Part shown: piece by piece, positions 19,401 to 31,300 of the stretch
How positions within the stretch are numbered: the stretch's first letter is position 1
Layout: each line of letters starts with the position of its first letter
Assembly: GCA_035539375.1 (NCBI GenBank)
Contig: DATLIP010000068.1
Span: 11,383-75,382 of the forward strand
Length of the DNA stretch: 64,000 nt
Reading direction: 5' to 3'
From: Bdellovibrionota bacterium
GTDB taxonomy: Bacteria > Bdellovibrionota > UBA2428
The notes under the pieces: model-generated
Databases searched by the model: none
Told to the model about the DNA's origin: nothing
The model's input: the letters and a program-made list of their open reading frames with translations, nothing else
Translations under genes and position numbers: made by a program

Positions 19401-22341
19401 GGTGGTGGGCAAAAACTTTGCTGCTCCCGATGGCTACACGGCGGGTCTCTGCGCGGATCCGTCGGATTGTGCGCCCATCAAGCGTGTGGATCCCTTCGGC
19501 TTCGCAGCCGGAGCAAGCTTCGGTTCTTCCCTCGGCATGGTTCGCAAACCGCTGAACTTCTCCACTTGCGGCAACACGCCGGGACAATGTACTGCAGATA
19601 ACCAAGGTAAGATGTTCTTCCGCAAAGGTGTGGAAGATCTCGACGTGCTCCTCGTGGGCGCTCCGGGCGCCCAAAAGGTGGCGCTCTATACTACAACTCA
19701 AGATACAGGGATGACGCTTGCCTCGTCGAACCTCGACAAAACCTCGGTCTACACTGGCAATATGACCTTCGGTGCCAACGTCACTGGGGGTTATTTCAAG
19801 AGCCGCGCCGATTTCTACTCGGTAGTGGCCTCTGCACCTACGCGCGCGCTCCCCGTTGCGGGTAGCGGTGACGTCTTTATCTACGAACCCACTGGTTCGT
19901 CGCTCCCTGCGACGCCCACTTCACTGGTACAAAACGTCAAGGGCACGGGGACGGTCTTTAACATCGGCTCCGAAGTGCAGCTCGGATTCAACGGATCGAC
20001 GCCCGTGGGCGACGTCAACTGCGACGGCTATTCGGACGTCATCCTCAAAATGGGCTATGGCGGATCGCCCTTTAATGCTCTCGGCTATCGCCTGGTGGTG
20101 CTCTATGGTTCGAGCGCTGGTCTTGTGACGACGGGTCTCAACGCCAACTACAACGCCAACCGTGATCCGATGAACCCCAAATCTCCGCAGTGGCTCGTGC
20201 CCGCGAAGATTGGTCTTGCGACGGAAGAGCCCGCTTCGACTTTCGTTTCGGGTGTGGCACGCAACGTCTACGGCGTGGGTGATATCAACGGCGACGGCTG
20301 TGATGATCTCGTTTACGGCAATAACAACGTCTACACCTTCTTTGGCTCGCCCTCGGGACTCGTGGCCGACCGCTCGCCTTCGCGCACGCTCAACTACGAT
20401 GTGACCCCGCCTTCGGGATCCTTCGACCGCACTCCGCAGTACACAGAAATGCCCAACGACGGCTTTACGGCCACCAACATGTTCGCGAATGGTTATTTCC
20501 AAGCGGTAGATGAAGCTGCCATCAACGGCGCCAATAGCACGAACTTGCGCTATTCGAACAACGCCCTTATCTTGACGACCTTACCGACAGCTAAGAATAG
20601 CATCACGAGCGGCGAAGGTGATGGTAGCTATTGGAACGGTGTCAGCGCGGCCTTGCCACACGTCTGCCACGGCGATTTCAACGGAGACGGCTTTATGGAC
20701 ATGGTCACCTCGACCACACAGGCCGCAAACTTCGGCGCCATTGGCTATGTGACTTCGAACGGAACCCAGTCGTCGATCATCAAATCGACCGACGCTACCT
20801 ATCGTATGAACGGTTATTACACCGTGTACTACGGTTCGGAATACGGATTGCAGTATCGCAAGCCTGCCGATGCGAACCAGCTGATGGGTTCTTGTAAGGA
20901 CGTGGGCACCTCGTCGGCTTCCAAGCTGCAGTGTAAGATCTCGCGTCTCTTCCACCCCTCGCAGTTTGTCAAAGAGGATTACGAAGCTACCGATGCGGAC
21001 AGCCGCTATTTCTTCCCCATTTTCCAGTGGCAAGAATCTTTCTTGCGCATCTCGGCCACCCAGACGGCTTCGGATAACGTTCCTTACGCTGGGGTCATTC
21101 TCGACAACTTCGGTACGGGCTGTCTCTCGACGGGCGACCTTGACGGCGACGGCGCGGACGATCTTGCGGTACCTCTGCCACAAAAGAAATCCCTTGCGGC
21201 CGGTTCGAGCTTTCTCATCTTCTGGGGCAAGCGCAGTTCGGGTCCGGGCGCGGATGAATCGCTGGGCCTCAACCAAAAACGTTCGAACTTCGTGCGTCTT
21301 GTGAAGGGCACCGTCGAGTCCGACGGCGTCTTCCAATACACCGCCGACTCGGTGAGCACGCTCAACGCTTCGGCCTTCACCGCGAGTTCGTCGCTGGGTC
21401 GTTCAGGCGCGGGCGTGGGTGACGTCAACGGCGATGGTCTCAACGACATCGTCCTCGGTGCCCCTGGAGACAACGCTTATGCGGTGATCTTCGGTGGTCG
21501 TCATCTCAAGCACCGCGACTTCACCGGTTCGCCGCAGACCTCGATCACAGATGAAGCTGCGACGAAGTTCTACCACGGCGGATCGGACAAAATGTTCTCC
21601 GGTGCGGGTGGTTACTGCGCGGGCACGACCGAAGCCTCCGAGTGTTACGAGCGTTGGGTGAAGGTGCTCACCGTGGATCACTATGGCACGTCGCAGGCTT
21701 GCGAAGTGAACCCAGATCCTTCGGACACCGACATGCCCTCTTGCGTGGCCTTGCACCACGGACAAAACGACTTTGAACAGCGCGCGGCTCTGCGCGTGGT
21801 TTATACGGGCTCGTCGAGCGACGGCTTTGGCAACTCGGTGCAGGCACTAGGTGACATGAACTCCGATGGGCACGCGGACTTTGCCCTCAACACCGCTGGA
21901 TACGATCACGTGAGCCAAAACGACATTGGCGGCGCGGTGATCTACTTCGGTGGTCAGATCGGGGTGCACACCAAGTCTTCGCCTTCGCAAGTGGCGCGCT
22001 GTATGGGCGATGACCGCGACACCTTTGCGGGCGTTCGCGATTGTATCCCTTACCGAGTGCTGCCAAAATTCGCTTCGGAGTCTTTTGACGGCATTCAGAA
22101 CGACATCTACTACAGCGGCCAAGCTTGGCAGCTGCGTTCGTCGATTCAGTTCCGAACCAAGAAGAACCGTCTCGAGGATCCGAACTTTGAGCAGTATCGC
22201 GGTACCAACTTGGGCTCTCGCGTACCTGGCTCGCTCGTCGATACCAAGAGTACGGACTTCCTGATGTGTGTGTCGGATAACTTTAAATCCAACCGGGATC
22301 CGGATCGTATCCGTACCGGTGCGTGTGGAGTGTACTACTAA
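16480..22341 (+). CDS. Giant lipoprotein (1953 aa) with multiple FG-GAP/integrin-alpha-like beta-propeller repeats
   Basis: Lipobox LTAC (Cys29). At least 8 Ca-binding DxDxDG-type FG-GAP motifs, including GDYDCDGIDDLAIG, GAGDFDGDGYDDLIVGAP, GDVNCDGYSDVIL, GDINGDGCDDLVYG, GDFNGDGFMDMV, GDLDGDGADDLAVP, GDVNGDGLNDIVLGAPG and GDMNSDGHADFAL. AGGAGG Shine-Dalgarno upstream. Confidence 0.85.
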   Translation: MMPFKSYRLFLAKPAMLLAFASVFSLTACLNSKVGGGGNRHEQSTNARGISPIKVELNWNEDFSEKTYEVYEASSQDQVLATTRFGQVTIPVVQDQLYDFRVFRILSNSAEKSKAFEFDGVKSWAGFEDVELSSHIEEFFPTTVTWNYEPWTTGLKASSAIKHTTIAECAFLKNGLNSDDPFTNPLSKVLKRSAFDEKVIDSGCKLEPNADYLVACRIKYADGHVSTSTLKANLVSPSECIKSEEALPYFSVDAIQPSPYLGFSIINATGGLFSWALLGYDYDAPTGRLTEKTIDSNAQNYISELINVVYSTPLNHFGLGRVRATFKPSTSSVTQQVIPKDFYIKTLDEATSVIFPPIIDAGSPMSMGNATSVGDYDCDGIDDLAIGMKDLQWRDDSSGAPVYKRTGAVVVFYGEANRGLKYKSAVPSTNPAEPGVGAPRPPLLILPPDFAAYGGAGIQFGYSLTTGNFNRDVQYGNGYWAKCDDLVIGAPYVSIETPGWAGGSAGGAVFITYGGPSGLKSNWAVSHPNTPFNGSCAGVNPVVPDGQSAPPSMNLDAGEPAFPRPIRGGSGVCTGTVLYPLGMPVLIGASNAASPFYFGATESTAGYKAERNNVFLISGQGTMQHESRSSGFGMALGAGDFDGDGYDDLIVGAPQTQRLTPTTGTDNKPSTSVNVGAALLYFGGASGVRQYVDTSWNGPTAVAGVGSQNSIYRATALFPNSSTTTHISPIKFAPGRSMITSSTKVSMNFGTSVAIGRLKGTPTGNTANQEVYTRHRGATNLNFGASVFIGAPGYSYTGAYDAGAVAHASWTEHFWSTTSAFETYTQPSMYFETADDSGLLRFDIEADVLGIKGLAGSLLINPEVVNASNVAQTVASGARFGASLAVGSFRPIARTASPNATIDFGLDPYGSSPINQVLAIGAPGYNSSTGVVYLVNDAGLDYGSSTGSKQSSVGGFDLKSGPLNSEVTTGYTGTVVGKNFAAPDGYTAGLCADPSDCAPIKRVDPFGFAAGASFGSSLGMVRKPLNFSTCGNTPGQCTADNQGKMFFRKGVEDLDVLLVGAPGAQKVALYTTTQDTGMTLASSNLDKTSVYTGNMTFGANVTGGYFKSRADFYSVVASAPTRALPVAGSGDVFIYEPTGSSLPATPTSLVQNVKGTGTVFNIGSEVQLGFNGSTPVGDVNCDGYSDVILKMGYGGSPFNALGYRLVVLYGSSAGLVTTGLNANYNANRDPMNPKSPQWLVPAKIGLATEEPASTFVSGVARNVYGVGDINGDGCDDLVYGNNNVYTFFGSPSGLVADRSPSRTLNYDVTPPSGSFDRTPQYTEMPNDGFTATNMFANGYFQAVDEAAINGANSTNLRYSNNALILTTLPTAKNSITSGEGDGSYWNGVSAALPHVCHGDFNGDGFMDMVTSTTQAANFGAIGYVTSNGTQSSIIKSTDATYRMNGYYTVYYGSEYGLQYRKPADANQLMGSCKDVGTSSASKLQCKISRLFHPSQFVKEDYEATDADSRYFFPIFQWQESFLRISATQTASDNVPYAGVILDNFGTGCLSTGDLDGDGADDLAVPLPQKKSLAAGSSFLIFWGKRSSGPGADESLGLNQKRSNFVRLVKGTVESDGVFQYTADSVSTLNASAFTASSSLGRSGAGVGDVNGDGLNDIVLGAPGDNAYAVIFGGRHLKHRDFTGSPQTSITDEAATKFYHGGSDKMFSGAGGYCAGTTEASECYERWVKVLTVDHYGTSQACEVNPDPSDTDMPSCVALHHGQNDFEQRAALRVVYTGSSSDGFGNSVQALGDMNSDGHADFALNTAGYDHVSQNDIGGAVIYFGGQIGVHTKSSPSQVARCMGDDRDTFAGVRDCIPYRVLPKFASESFDGIQNDIYYSGQAWQLRSSIQFRTKKNRLEDPNFEQYRGTNLGSRVPGSLVDTKSTDFLMCVSDNFKSNRDPDRIRTGACGVYY
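17598..21888 (+). repeat. Protein-level repeat region: dispersed FG-GAP calcium-binding motifs
   Basis: Motifs encoded around 17598, 18388, 20003, 20272, 20669, 21131, 21412 and 21847. The repeats are degenerate at the DNA level, so this is not a nucleotide tandem repeat. Confidence 0.7.
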
Positions 22342-22374
22342 GACCTAGCTTAAGACCGAAGATTAACGAGGGAC

Positions 22375-25300
22375 GTGATGCGGACAATCATAGGACACCA
22401 GAAAGGGATCCAGCTGCTCGGCTCGAGCCGCGGGGCCCTTCTTGGCCTAGTGTTGTCCTTGGGCGCTTGCAAAGGCGTAGACGTCTCCACCGTGCCTTCA
22501 CTGCTCGTCGATGCGGGCGATCGTGTGAACTTTCAGATGACTCCCGACCTGGCCAAACACGGTCTACGGGTGAACTCGGCCGAAGTTTATGTTTACGAAA
22601 ACGGCGACTACGTGGTCGATCCTTTGGCCCAAGTAGAGATTTCGGGCACGGGAGTGCAATACAAGTACAGCAAAGGCCGCGTTCCGAGCGGCTTGGACTA
22701 TGTCGTGGTGAAATACGCTGTGCCCAATGGTCGCGACGTCACCATGCGCGCTTTCATCCCCACTGATGCCACGAGTGTCAAACTCGGCGTGGCCAATACG
22801 AAAACCGTAGACTGGTTTTTGAGCCTCACCGACACGCAGCCCACGGTGGACGAGTGGACCCGAGTCAAAAATTATTTCGACGTGGCGCTATCGCGCGCTT
22901 GTTATGATCCTTCGCTACCATACTCGACCATCTACAAGCGCATGCGAGCGGTGGAGAACGGGATTTTCGATTCTGCCGAGCTCACGAGCCTCGTGCAGGA
23001 ATTTGCCGTAAGCTCTGCCAACCTTCGCATGAAGTTTGGTGAAAACCGAAAGCCCTATCTTTCGCGAGCCATTCCTATCCCCTCGGAAACACAGCTAAAC
23101 CTGGTGAACGTGCGCGAATCGAATTCGCGTTACCTTTACTCTGAGACCATCGATCTCGACGGCGACGAAGTGCTCGTGCGCTGGAAAATGACCGGCGGTG
23201 AGACGCTGCCAACGAGCTGGATCAAATACAAAGAATCGGCCTTCTTGCCTAAGGCGTTCTGGCCTATCGAATATCTCAAAGTCGATTCGACCTTCGACGA
23301 CTCTACGGAAACCGATTTCCGCGCTTTCGGCCTAAATCTCAGCGTTTGCGACGGCGGCCGATTGCAGTCCTACGATTACCACGTCACGATCGACGACGTG
23401 AACCGTGCCCCTTACCTGACCTCCACACGTCCTTCAAACGTGAGCATTTCGGAGTTTGTGGTAACAGATCCGGTGAACACAACCAAAGTGTACACGGTCA
23501 AGGCCAAAGACGCCGATGGCGATGCCATTTCGATGTCCCTCGACGTGTCTTCGTCGCCGAACGTCTTTCTCTCTGCCACTCCGACGCTCACCGTGCAGGG
23601 CATGCTGATCGGCCGTTGGGTAGGGGGAGACGTCTCCACGGATGTGGTCACGGCCCAAGAGAAAAAATGGCCGCTCACCGCGTCTACCATTCGCATGCCC
23701 GAAGAGGTCACCTTCAAGTCTAACGGCAAGGTGATGCTCAAGGATTATCCCGCTCCCGGTCAGGACACCGAGCTCGAATACGAAGGCTTCACGCCCAAAC
23801 AAGGCGATTTGCTTGGGGTCAAACTCAAGTCCTTGCCCATCGCCTCGCCTGTCAACATCGGCTCCATCGATCTGCTTTGCACGATCAAACTCGGTGGCGG
23901 CGCCCGCTCTTTTGACTTTGTCTGCTCGCACACCCACGAGAGCCTGAGCACTGCCGACTTCGAGTGGCGCCGTTCGTACCGTTGTCCTACCTTTACGGCC
24001 ACCTCGGCCACCGAAAACGAAAACTGCTTTTACCGCCGTGCCAACGCGCCCGATGGAGTGAACCCCGATAAAGACCAGCTTCTGTACCTGATTTACCGTC
24101 CGCAGAACAACGATTCCAAACGCGGTGATATCACGGCCTATGTGAACATCTCGGACTATCCTCGTGCCGGTGCCACTTCGACAAGCATCGAATACAAAGT
24201 CACCGACGTGAACAGCACACCGCTAGTGACGGGAGTGCGAGACATCTCTCAGCATTATCCCGCCGATCCGGTAGAAATCCTGAACTACAGCGAGACGAAC
24301 GCGAATAGCAACTACAAGTTTGACCAACCTTGGGTTCGTCTCAACCAGCGCATTTTTACCGAATGGGACGTGGGTAGCCAAAAGTATACCGATGTGCCCT
24401 CGAACAAACGCACATGGGTGGAGAAAATGCTTTGGCGTAAAGTGAGTGCCGGTCCTCAGTCCGACCTCTTCGCTCAAGCGGATTATTTCTATTTCGTTAG
24501 CGAAAAGACGGATGCCCATTTTTCGAAGATCATTTTTGGTAATAACCAAGCCTTCCCCGACAATCATAAGATGCCCACCACGCCCAAATTTGACGGCGAT
24601 ACCGAACACCGCAAAGCCCGTCTCTTGCGTTACGACGGCACGAACACTTACGTGTACATCCCGCACTTTTATGGTCCTGCTCACGCCAGCATACAGCCCA
24701 GCGATACGGCTGATGTGAAAGACCTCAAGCAGGACGCCGTTTGCCGCATCTCAAACTGGTTCTACCGCAACCCCGCGAGTTACCAGGGCCTTGTGGACAA
24801 GGCGATCGACATCAACGACGCCGGCAAGTTCAAAGCCGATCCCATCCACAGCGACGTCAAAGTGGTTTGTGCGCAATCCTACGGCAGCACTTGCTCGCGT
24901 ACTGGTGCTTGCGCTCAGACGGATCTCGACGCCATTGCGGGCCTGAGTCAGGCGGGTCTTGATACCAATGGAACGCAGTTCGACATGGCCATCGAGCGTT
25001 TGCTCTTTGGTCGTGTGCCCTCGGGTGAAAGTGGCGACACCGGTGGCGCCATCGACGGCACGCCGAACTTTTATTCGGGCCGCACCAAGGTTCTTGCCAC
25101 CGCGGCCGACGCATCGACCAACTTTCTCAGTCTCAACAGTGAGACTTATAACTCTGTGATCTACGGACTGATGTACGGTTACTTCACCTTGCCTTCGAAG
25201 TGGGATACCGGTCAGAAACCCGACCACATCGATGGATCGGCCAAGCGTCTTCTCGTGCAGAAGATTCGTGAAAACTGGGGTCCCTCGTCGACCGGTATCT

Positions 25301-28300
25301 TCCCGGCAGCGAGCAACACGGGGTTTGGCGAAGTTCTCATCGACCAGCGGGCTCGCACCATCACCTTCGGGGCGACCGCCGAGGAATTTCGTATTGGCAA
25401 GAACCGCATTGGCGGGGGTGCCAACACTTACCTGCAGGCGGGACAATTTGTTTACAAGCAGTACCAATACATCCATCCGAACCTCGCTTGCCGCTACCTT
25501 GTACGCGACCGAGGCAACCGGGTGATTCTCACCTGTACCACGAAAACGGGATCCGACACCGCACCTAAGGATTACCTCACCGAACTCAGTGGCGCGGCTG
25601 TGATCGACGTCCCCATCACTTATCCGCAGAGCACTAAGGGCATTGCCTTTGATTCGCTCCCGGCCGGCGTGAGCTTTGTGCAAGAATCTCCGGGGCGCTT
25701 CAAGTTGAACGGCTCGGATCAGCACTTGATGGGCGTGGCCCGTATGCCGCTCGTCTTGCGCGGCAATTTTTACGACCCCGATGTCAATGGACGTTCGGGC
25801 GCTAGCCAAGATACGATCACCATGAACGCTACGGCTCTGAATGGTGCGCTGATCGATGCGGCCGTTGTATACCGCAAAAAAGACGGCGATCCCATCACGG
25901 TCACCTATAACAACGCGTGTCTCAACAACGGAAAACGCGGGGATAACAGCGTCTCTTTCACTCCTAAGGACGTTTATAATTTGAGTTTTATGGAAATCGG
26001 GGCTTCGGACATGGCCACTGGCGATTTCATCGTGGTGGTCTATCCAGATTCCCGCTGTAGCACGCGCGACATGATGCCCACTGGCATCGACAACACCCCA
26101 CCTTGGATCGAGCTCAAGATCACCGATGGCACTCCCAATGTGGACACGCGTCTCAAGTTCTCTTTTGATTTCTTCGACAAACCCTATCCTCCGTACATTT
26201 ACGGTCACTGGGAAAACCCGGCGAACTGCGCAGGCTCGGCCTATTCGTTTTCGGAATACAAATACCTCGGCCAAGTGGTGGCCCGCTATGAATACGGCAC
26301 TTGGGATGAGTCTCTTGTGGCGCCCGAGGGCTGTGAATCGTATTCCTATGATTATTCAGGCACCACGAACATGTACGTGAACGGCGTGGTGCGATCGGTC
26401 AGCTACGTGTCCAAGAGTCGAGGCATTTATTGCTACGACTATACCGGTAGCAGTGGCAGCTGGATGTTGCCTGTTTATCGTGATAGCAGCGGCCGCGCTG
26501 TCGACGTGCGTCACCTAGGCAACCCGGCGAATCCGGCGGTGAACTACATTTGGAACGAGTCACCCGCGTTTTTGGGCCAGTTCTCGCGACCTCGTGCCGA
26601 CGAAACCACGAACCCCAACTACGAAGTTGGACTCAATCCCAAAGCTTGCCGCTTCATCGTGATCGATGACAACTACGATGACGTGAAACTCGGTTTTCTT
26701 AAGAAAACTTCGAAAAACGACTTCCTGATCCCCGTGGATCAGTCGGACGACAATGGCGAGTTCAACCCGGCGGCGACGGATTACACGGAGGTCCGTCGCA
26801 AGCACGGGATCAACGTGCGCGCCGACTATGGCCTGGGGCCTTCGGACGGTTCTACAGCTACGGATCTCGACTTCTCGCCGATCCTTGGAGTCGATGGAAA
26901 CTTTGTGCCTGCCAACGCTCCCAAGCCGCTCAAGATCGCAAACCTCTTTTCGAAGTGGTACAAGCTCGCCGGTCTTAATGCGGCGGGTTCGAGCCTCGCT
27001 ACTGGACTCAGCACTTTTGCATCCAGTGGGCTGACGCTGCGGGCGGATCTGGGCGATTTCAAAGTCATCAACTTCCGTCAGCCTCGCTTCCAGGGCATCG
27101 ACACCCGCGCTTATTTGATGTTCTCCAAAGAAAATCTCAAAGACCACGAGTACGTCTGTGAGCAAGACCTGATGACACCTGCCCAAGACGCCGCAGAGCC
27201 CATGGGTGGGGTGATCTACCAAGCGCTGCGCGCGGGCTCGTTGCACACTCTCAAGCTCAAAACCAATTTTGTCGCTGACAATTTTTACAATGCCGACTGC
27301 GTGAACGACAGCGGCGAGGTGCAGCTCACACGCCCGGGCTGCGTCTACCAATTCACCGCGGCTTGCGCAGTGGACCCCACGCTCGACCAAGAGCAGGCTC
27401 GCGATCCGTCGTGCTACGCACCCATCGCAAGCGCCACCAAGACCATCGCCAATGCCAAGTGCTTTAGCGTGGATCCTAAGGTCGAAGCCAAGTGGTCGCA
27501 AGACGGTGTTCTTTCGGGCGACGCCTTTACGGAATTTGCCGAGTCGCCTTATGACCTTTACTTTGAAGTGAAGGGCGTGGGTGATTTTGTGGAGGGCACC
27601 AGTGGTGACGCGCGCGATTGGCGCTGTGCCGCACGCTCTTGGTATAAAGACGGTTATCTGGATTTCCGCTGCTCGGTGAAGGGCGATGACCAGAACAAGT
27701 ACTTCGCGGTGTCGGAGCTTAAGTCTCAAGAAAAAGACACCTTCAACACGTGGCTCAGCTCGAGCGGTCTCAATGTGAAAAACACCCCTACGGGCTACAC
27801 TTACGAATCGCCATGGGAGAAACACTACGAAATCACCTGGGCGCCTTCGCTGGCGAACCCCGGCGGTGCAGATCCCGTGGCAGCCCCAGCCATTTGGTCG
27901 GGCATGCTTGTTGCCGAAGACGCGCCCGTGCCGATCTTTGGCAACAAACGCGCGCGTGTGACCACGGCCCTGCATATGAAAGCCATCGACGTGCTCAGCA
28001 CGGACACCACGATGGCCATGCAAACCACGTGGCTCAACGTCAACGTGGGCGAGGGCGACTCGGGCAAAGCGCTGATCCCTTACTGGGTACAGAGCAACGA
28101 CGCGAAGGTGGCTCCTTTTGTGACCTCGGCTCCCGATAGCGAAAGCTCGCCGCCTACGACGACCTTTATCAAAAACCTTTCTGCGTGGTTCCAGCGTCCT
28201 CACGCGAATACCGACAAGGCCGGTTTCCAGAACTGGATGCTGAACGCCGCAGAGTCCTCCAAAGTCGATGTCACACCCAATCCCGAGAACTCCTTTGTGG

Positions 28301-31300
28301 GGATCAGCGGTTTTGAGGGCTATGGCTCACGCGTGACGCCGCCGCTGGGAGGCATGGACGGTTTCATCAAGGTCGCCAAATACCGCTCGCAGCTCGAAGG
28401 CTTGCGCTTCAAGCGTGAGTACAAGTCCGATCACCTGCCGTACACCCAACGCTTCAACCTCAAAGCGGGAGCGCAGTGGCCGATGGAATTCTATACCGAC
28501 AACGCTTCTGAGTACTATCCGGATTACACCGGCAACGGCAATACTTACACGCGCTCTACGCTCGGTCGTGGAGGTAAGGGCGCTGCCACTTTGACCTATT
28601 CCGAGGCTTATCCTATCGCAGCAGGCCAACCGAAGATCACCGTTTACGAACGCAACGACACGCCTTGCTTAACGCTAGAAGGTGGCGTGGCGGCTACAGT
28701 GCGCGGCACGACCTGCGATCCCGACGTCAACAATCGCTTTGCTGCGGCGACCCCGAATAACATGTCTGCAGGTTCGACGGTGCTCTCGGCCGCCAACGAT
28801 GCGAGCGGTGTGATGACCTACGAAATTGAAGTCAAAGGCTTCGACGACTCTGGCTCCACTCCCGGCACCGGGACCACCGGTTCAAATGGCAAAGGCATCG
28901 CCGAGGGCGTGCCCTATGGTCTGCGCCTGGCGGCTCGCGATCCGAACTTCACGGGTGGCTCGGTGCTCAACGCACGACTCTTGTCGTCTCCAGCTGTCGA
29001 CCGTCGCTTCCCTTTCGATGGCGGTACCTCAATCACCAAAGTGCTCGAGGGTGGGGCGAGCGCCGTGCAAAACCTTCCGCACTACTGGGCAATATGGTCC
29101 ATTACGGGTGTGCTCCAAGACCCGCACGTGCGCAAGACGACAGTGCTGGACGCGGGGCTAGAGCTACCCAAGATTCAGGTAGAAGTTTACGACAACGGTC
29201 AGTATCCCGGTGCGGCGCGCGAGCGCATGAACTTCTCGGTGCACGGCTGGGACTACAACAGCAAGCCCAATTACCTCGGCCCGGTGGCATTCTGGATCAC
29301 CGGCCAGGACATGGACATGTTCATCAACGGCTTCGTGCCCAAGTTTAAATACGATCTTGAAAACCAGGGCATCGAGAACAATATCGTGATGGCCGCCTAC
29401 GACATGGACCGCGGTGACACGCTCCAATTCACCGTTACAGGACAGAACGCTTACGGTTTTGCTCCGGGAGACTTTTCGGCTACCACGATTTCTCCGAGCC
29501 ATCCCAATTATGATCTGTGGTGTAAGAACCCGGCGAAGATCTCTAAGAATATCGAAACCGCAGGCGGCCAAGAGCTCGCTTGTGTGAAGATCTCCTTCAA
29601 AATGAAATTCAACACCGTGGCCGATGTGAACTTCGGTGTGACGGTAGAAGACGTGCCCTGGTGGGCTCAGCCTGGTGTGACCCAGGTTTATAACCCCAGT
29701 GCCGGTGCTTATGTGACGGCCAACTATGCCGACCTCTACGAAGCGCGCTTTGGCCCCGCGGATCTTGGCATTGCGCCGCAGTCGGTGAGCGGCAGCGTTT
29801 CGATCTCGGGCAACATGGCTCCCAAAGTGCTCACCTACCAAGGCGTGGAATCTTATCCCTTTGGTATCGCGTATAACGACGAGGGTTATCGTCAGGATTT
29901 TGTGATCACGGGATCGGACCTTTCGGGCGTGAGTTGTCAGCTCACCAAGTCGCCCAAACTGAGTCCTTATGCTCTCGAAGAGCTCGCCTCGCTCGGATAT
30001 AGCCTGCAGCCCGAAGAGACGATGACAATCTCCACCATCAACGTCGCAAACGACACCAAGATTTGTCGGCTCAGCTGGCGTGCGATCGCCCGTCCTGCGG
30101 GTTACAACCCTTGGGTACGCTCGAACGCCGCCGAAATGAACGTCGAAGTGAAGATCTACAGCGGCGCTACGGTGATCCACACCGCAGCCTATAAAATTTC
30201 TGAAAAAGGTCCCGGAGCAAACACTCAGGACTCCGTGCGTTCGCCTCAGTACTTCTCGTACTCGAGCCGGCCGACAGTTGCGGTGGGTACTCTTGAGATC
30301 GGCGCATCGGTGGATAGCGTGGCGCTCACTAAGAACGCGAGCCTCGAGCTTGTGGGTGACGAGGCCAAAGAGTGGACTTTCAGTGCGCCCTTCCGCTCGC
30401 ACACCTCGAGCTTCACTTATTATCCGATCGACGCCATTTGGTACTTCGATGGCAAACCGGTGGCAATCGGCGGCGAAACCTACAAGCGTTTCTTCAACCC
30501 CAAAGAATCGGGTCAGCACACGATCGCTTTGGCGATTCACGACGGTTCGATGAACCGCTACACCTACCACGAGCAAAAGATTCTCGTGCGCAACAACGTG
30601 CCCTTCCTCGATCCGTCTGAGGGCGTTTCGGTGGTGGATGCGGGCTTCCGTCCGAACATCGACACCTTCTTGTTCTCGTCGCTCTGGTCGATGCCCACTG
30701 AAAAGTCCTTTGTCGTGAACGGTATCAAGAACAACGCGACCAACTTGCTCACTTACCGCAACCAGTCCAGCTCGCTGAAAACGCAATTCACCTACGTGGT
30801 GGCGCTCCAGCACGGCGGTCTCTACTACGACTCGTCGCGTGCCCTGTGGCTCTATTCGAACGTGGCGACGGCGGGTCCGAGCCTTAACGAAAGCGCTTCG
30901 ACGGCGGGCTATCACCCGAACTACGGCGGCGCTAAGAACCACCAGCAGTACTATTTGCTCGAAAATGGCCAGATGACTGCCACCAACCAAACCACTTTCG
31001 GTTCGAGCCTGCGTTCGAGCGTGGTCTTCTCGAACACTCGTGAACGCGCCAAAGGTCTGATGCGCTCTGAGAACATCGACTCGAGCGCCTACATCGTGTG
31101 GACCAACGACTTGCGCAGCGGTCGCAACGCGAACCGCCTGTGGGTGCACGATTCCACAAACCAGCGCACGTTGGGCTACATCAACGTGGGCCCCGATTCG
31201 ATGAGTGGACCTTCCCGCATTCAGGATTTCCGAGTGGCAACCGTGGGCTCGCAGAAGACCATCGCTGTTGCCACGGTCGACGGTATTTATATGGTGCCTT

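Noticed and set aside
24751-31149. Very long minus-strand ORFs (507, 547 and 661 aa at 24751-26274, 26560-28203 and 29164-31149) inside the 3134-aa gene.
   Set aside because: These are mirror-frame artefacts of a long GC-rich ORF. They are Arg/His/Val/Gly-rich with no hydrophobic-core periodicity or motifs, and the + frame is uninterrupted for 9.4 kb.
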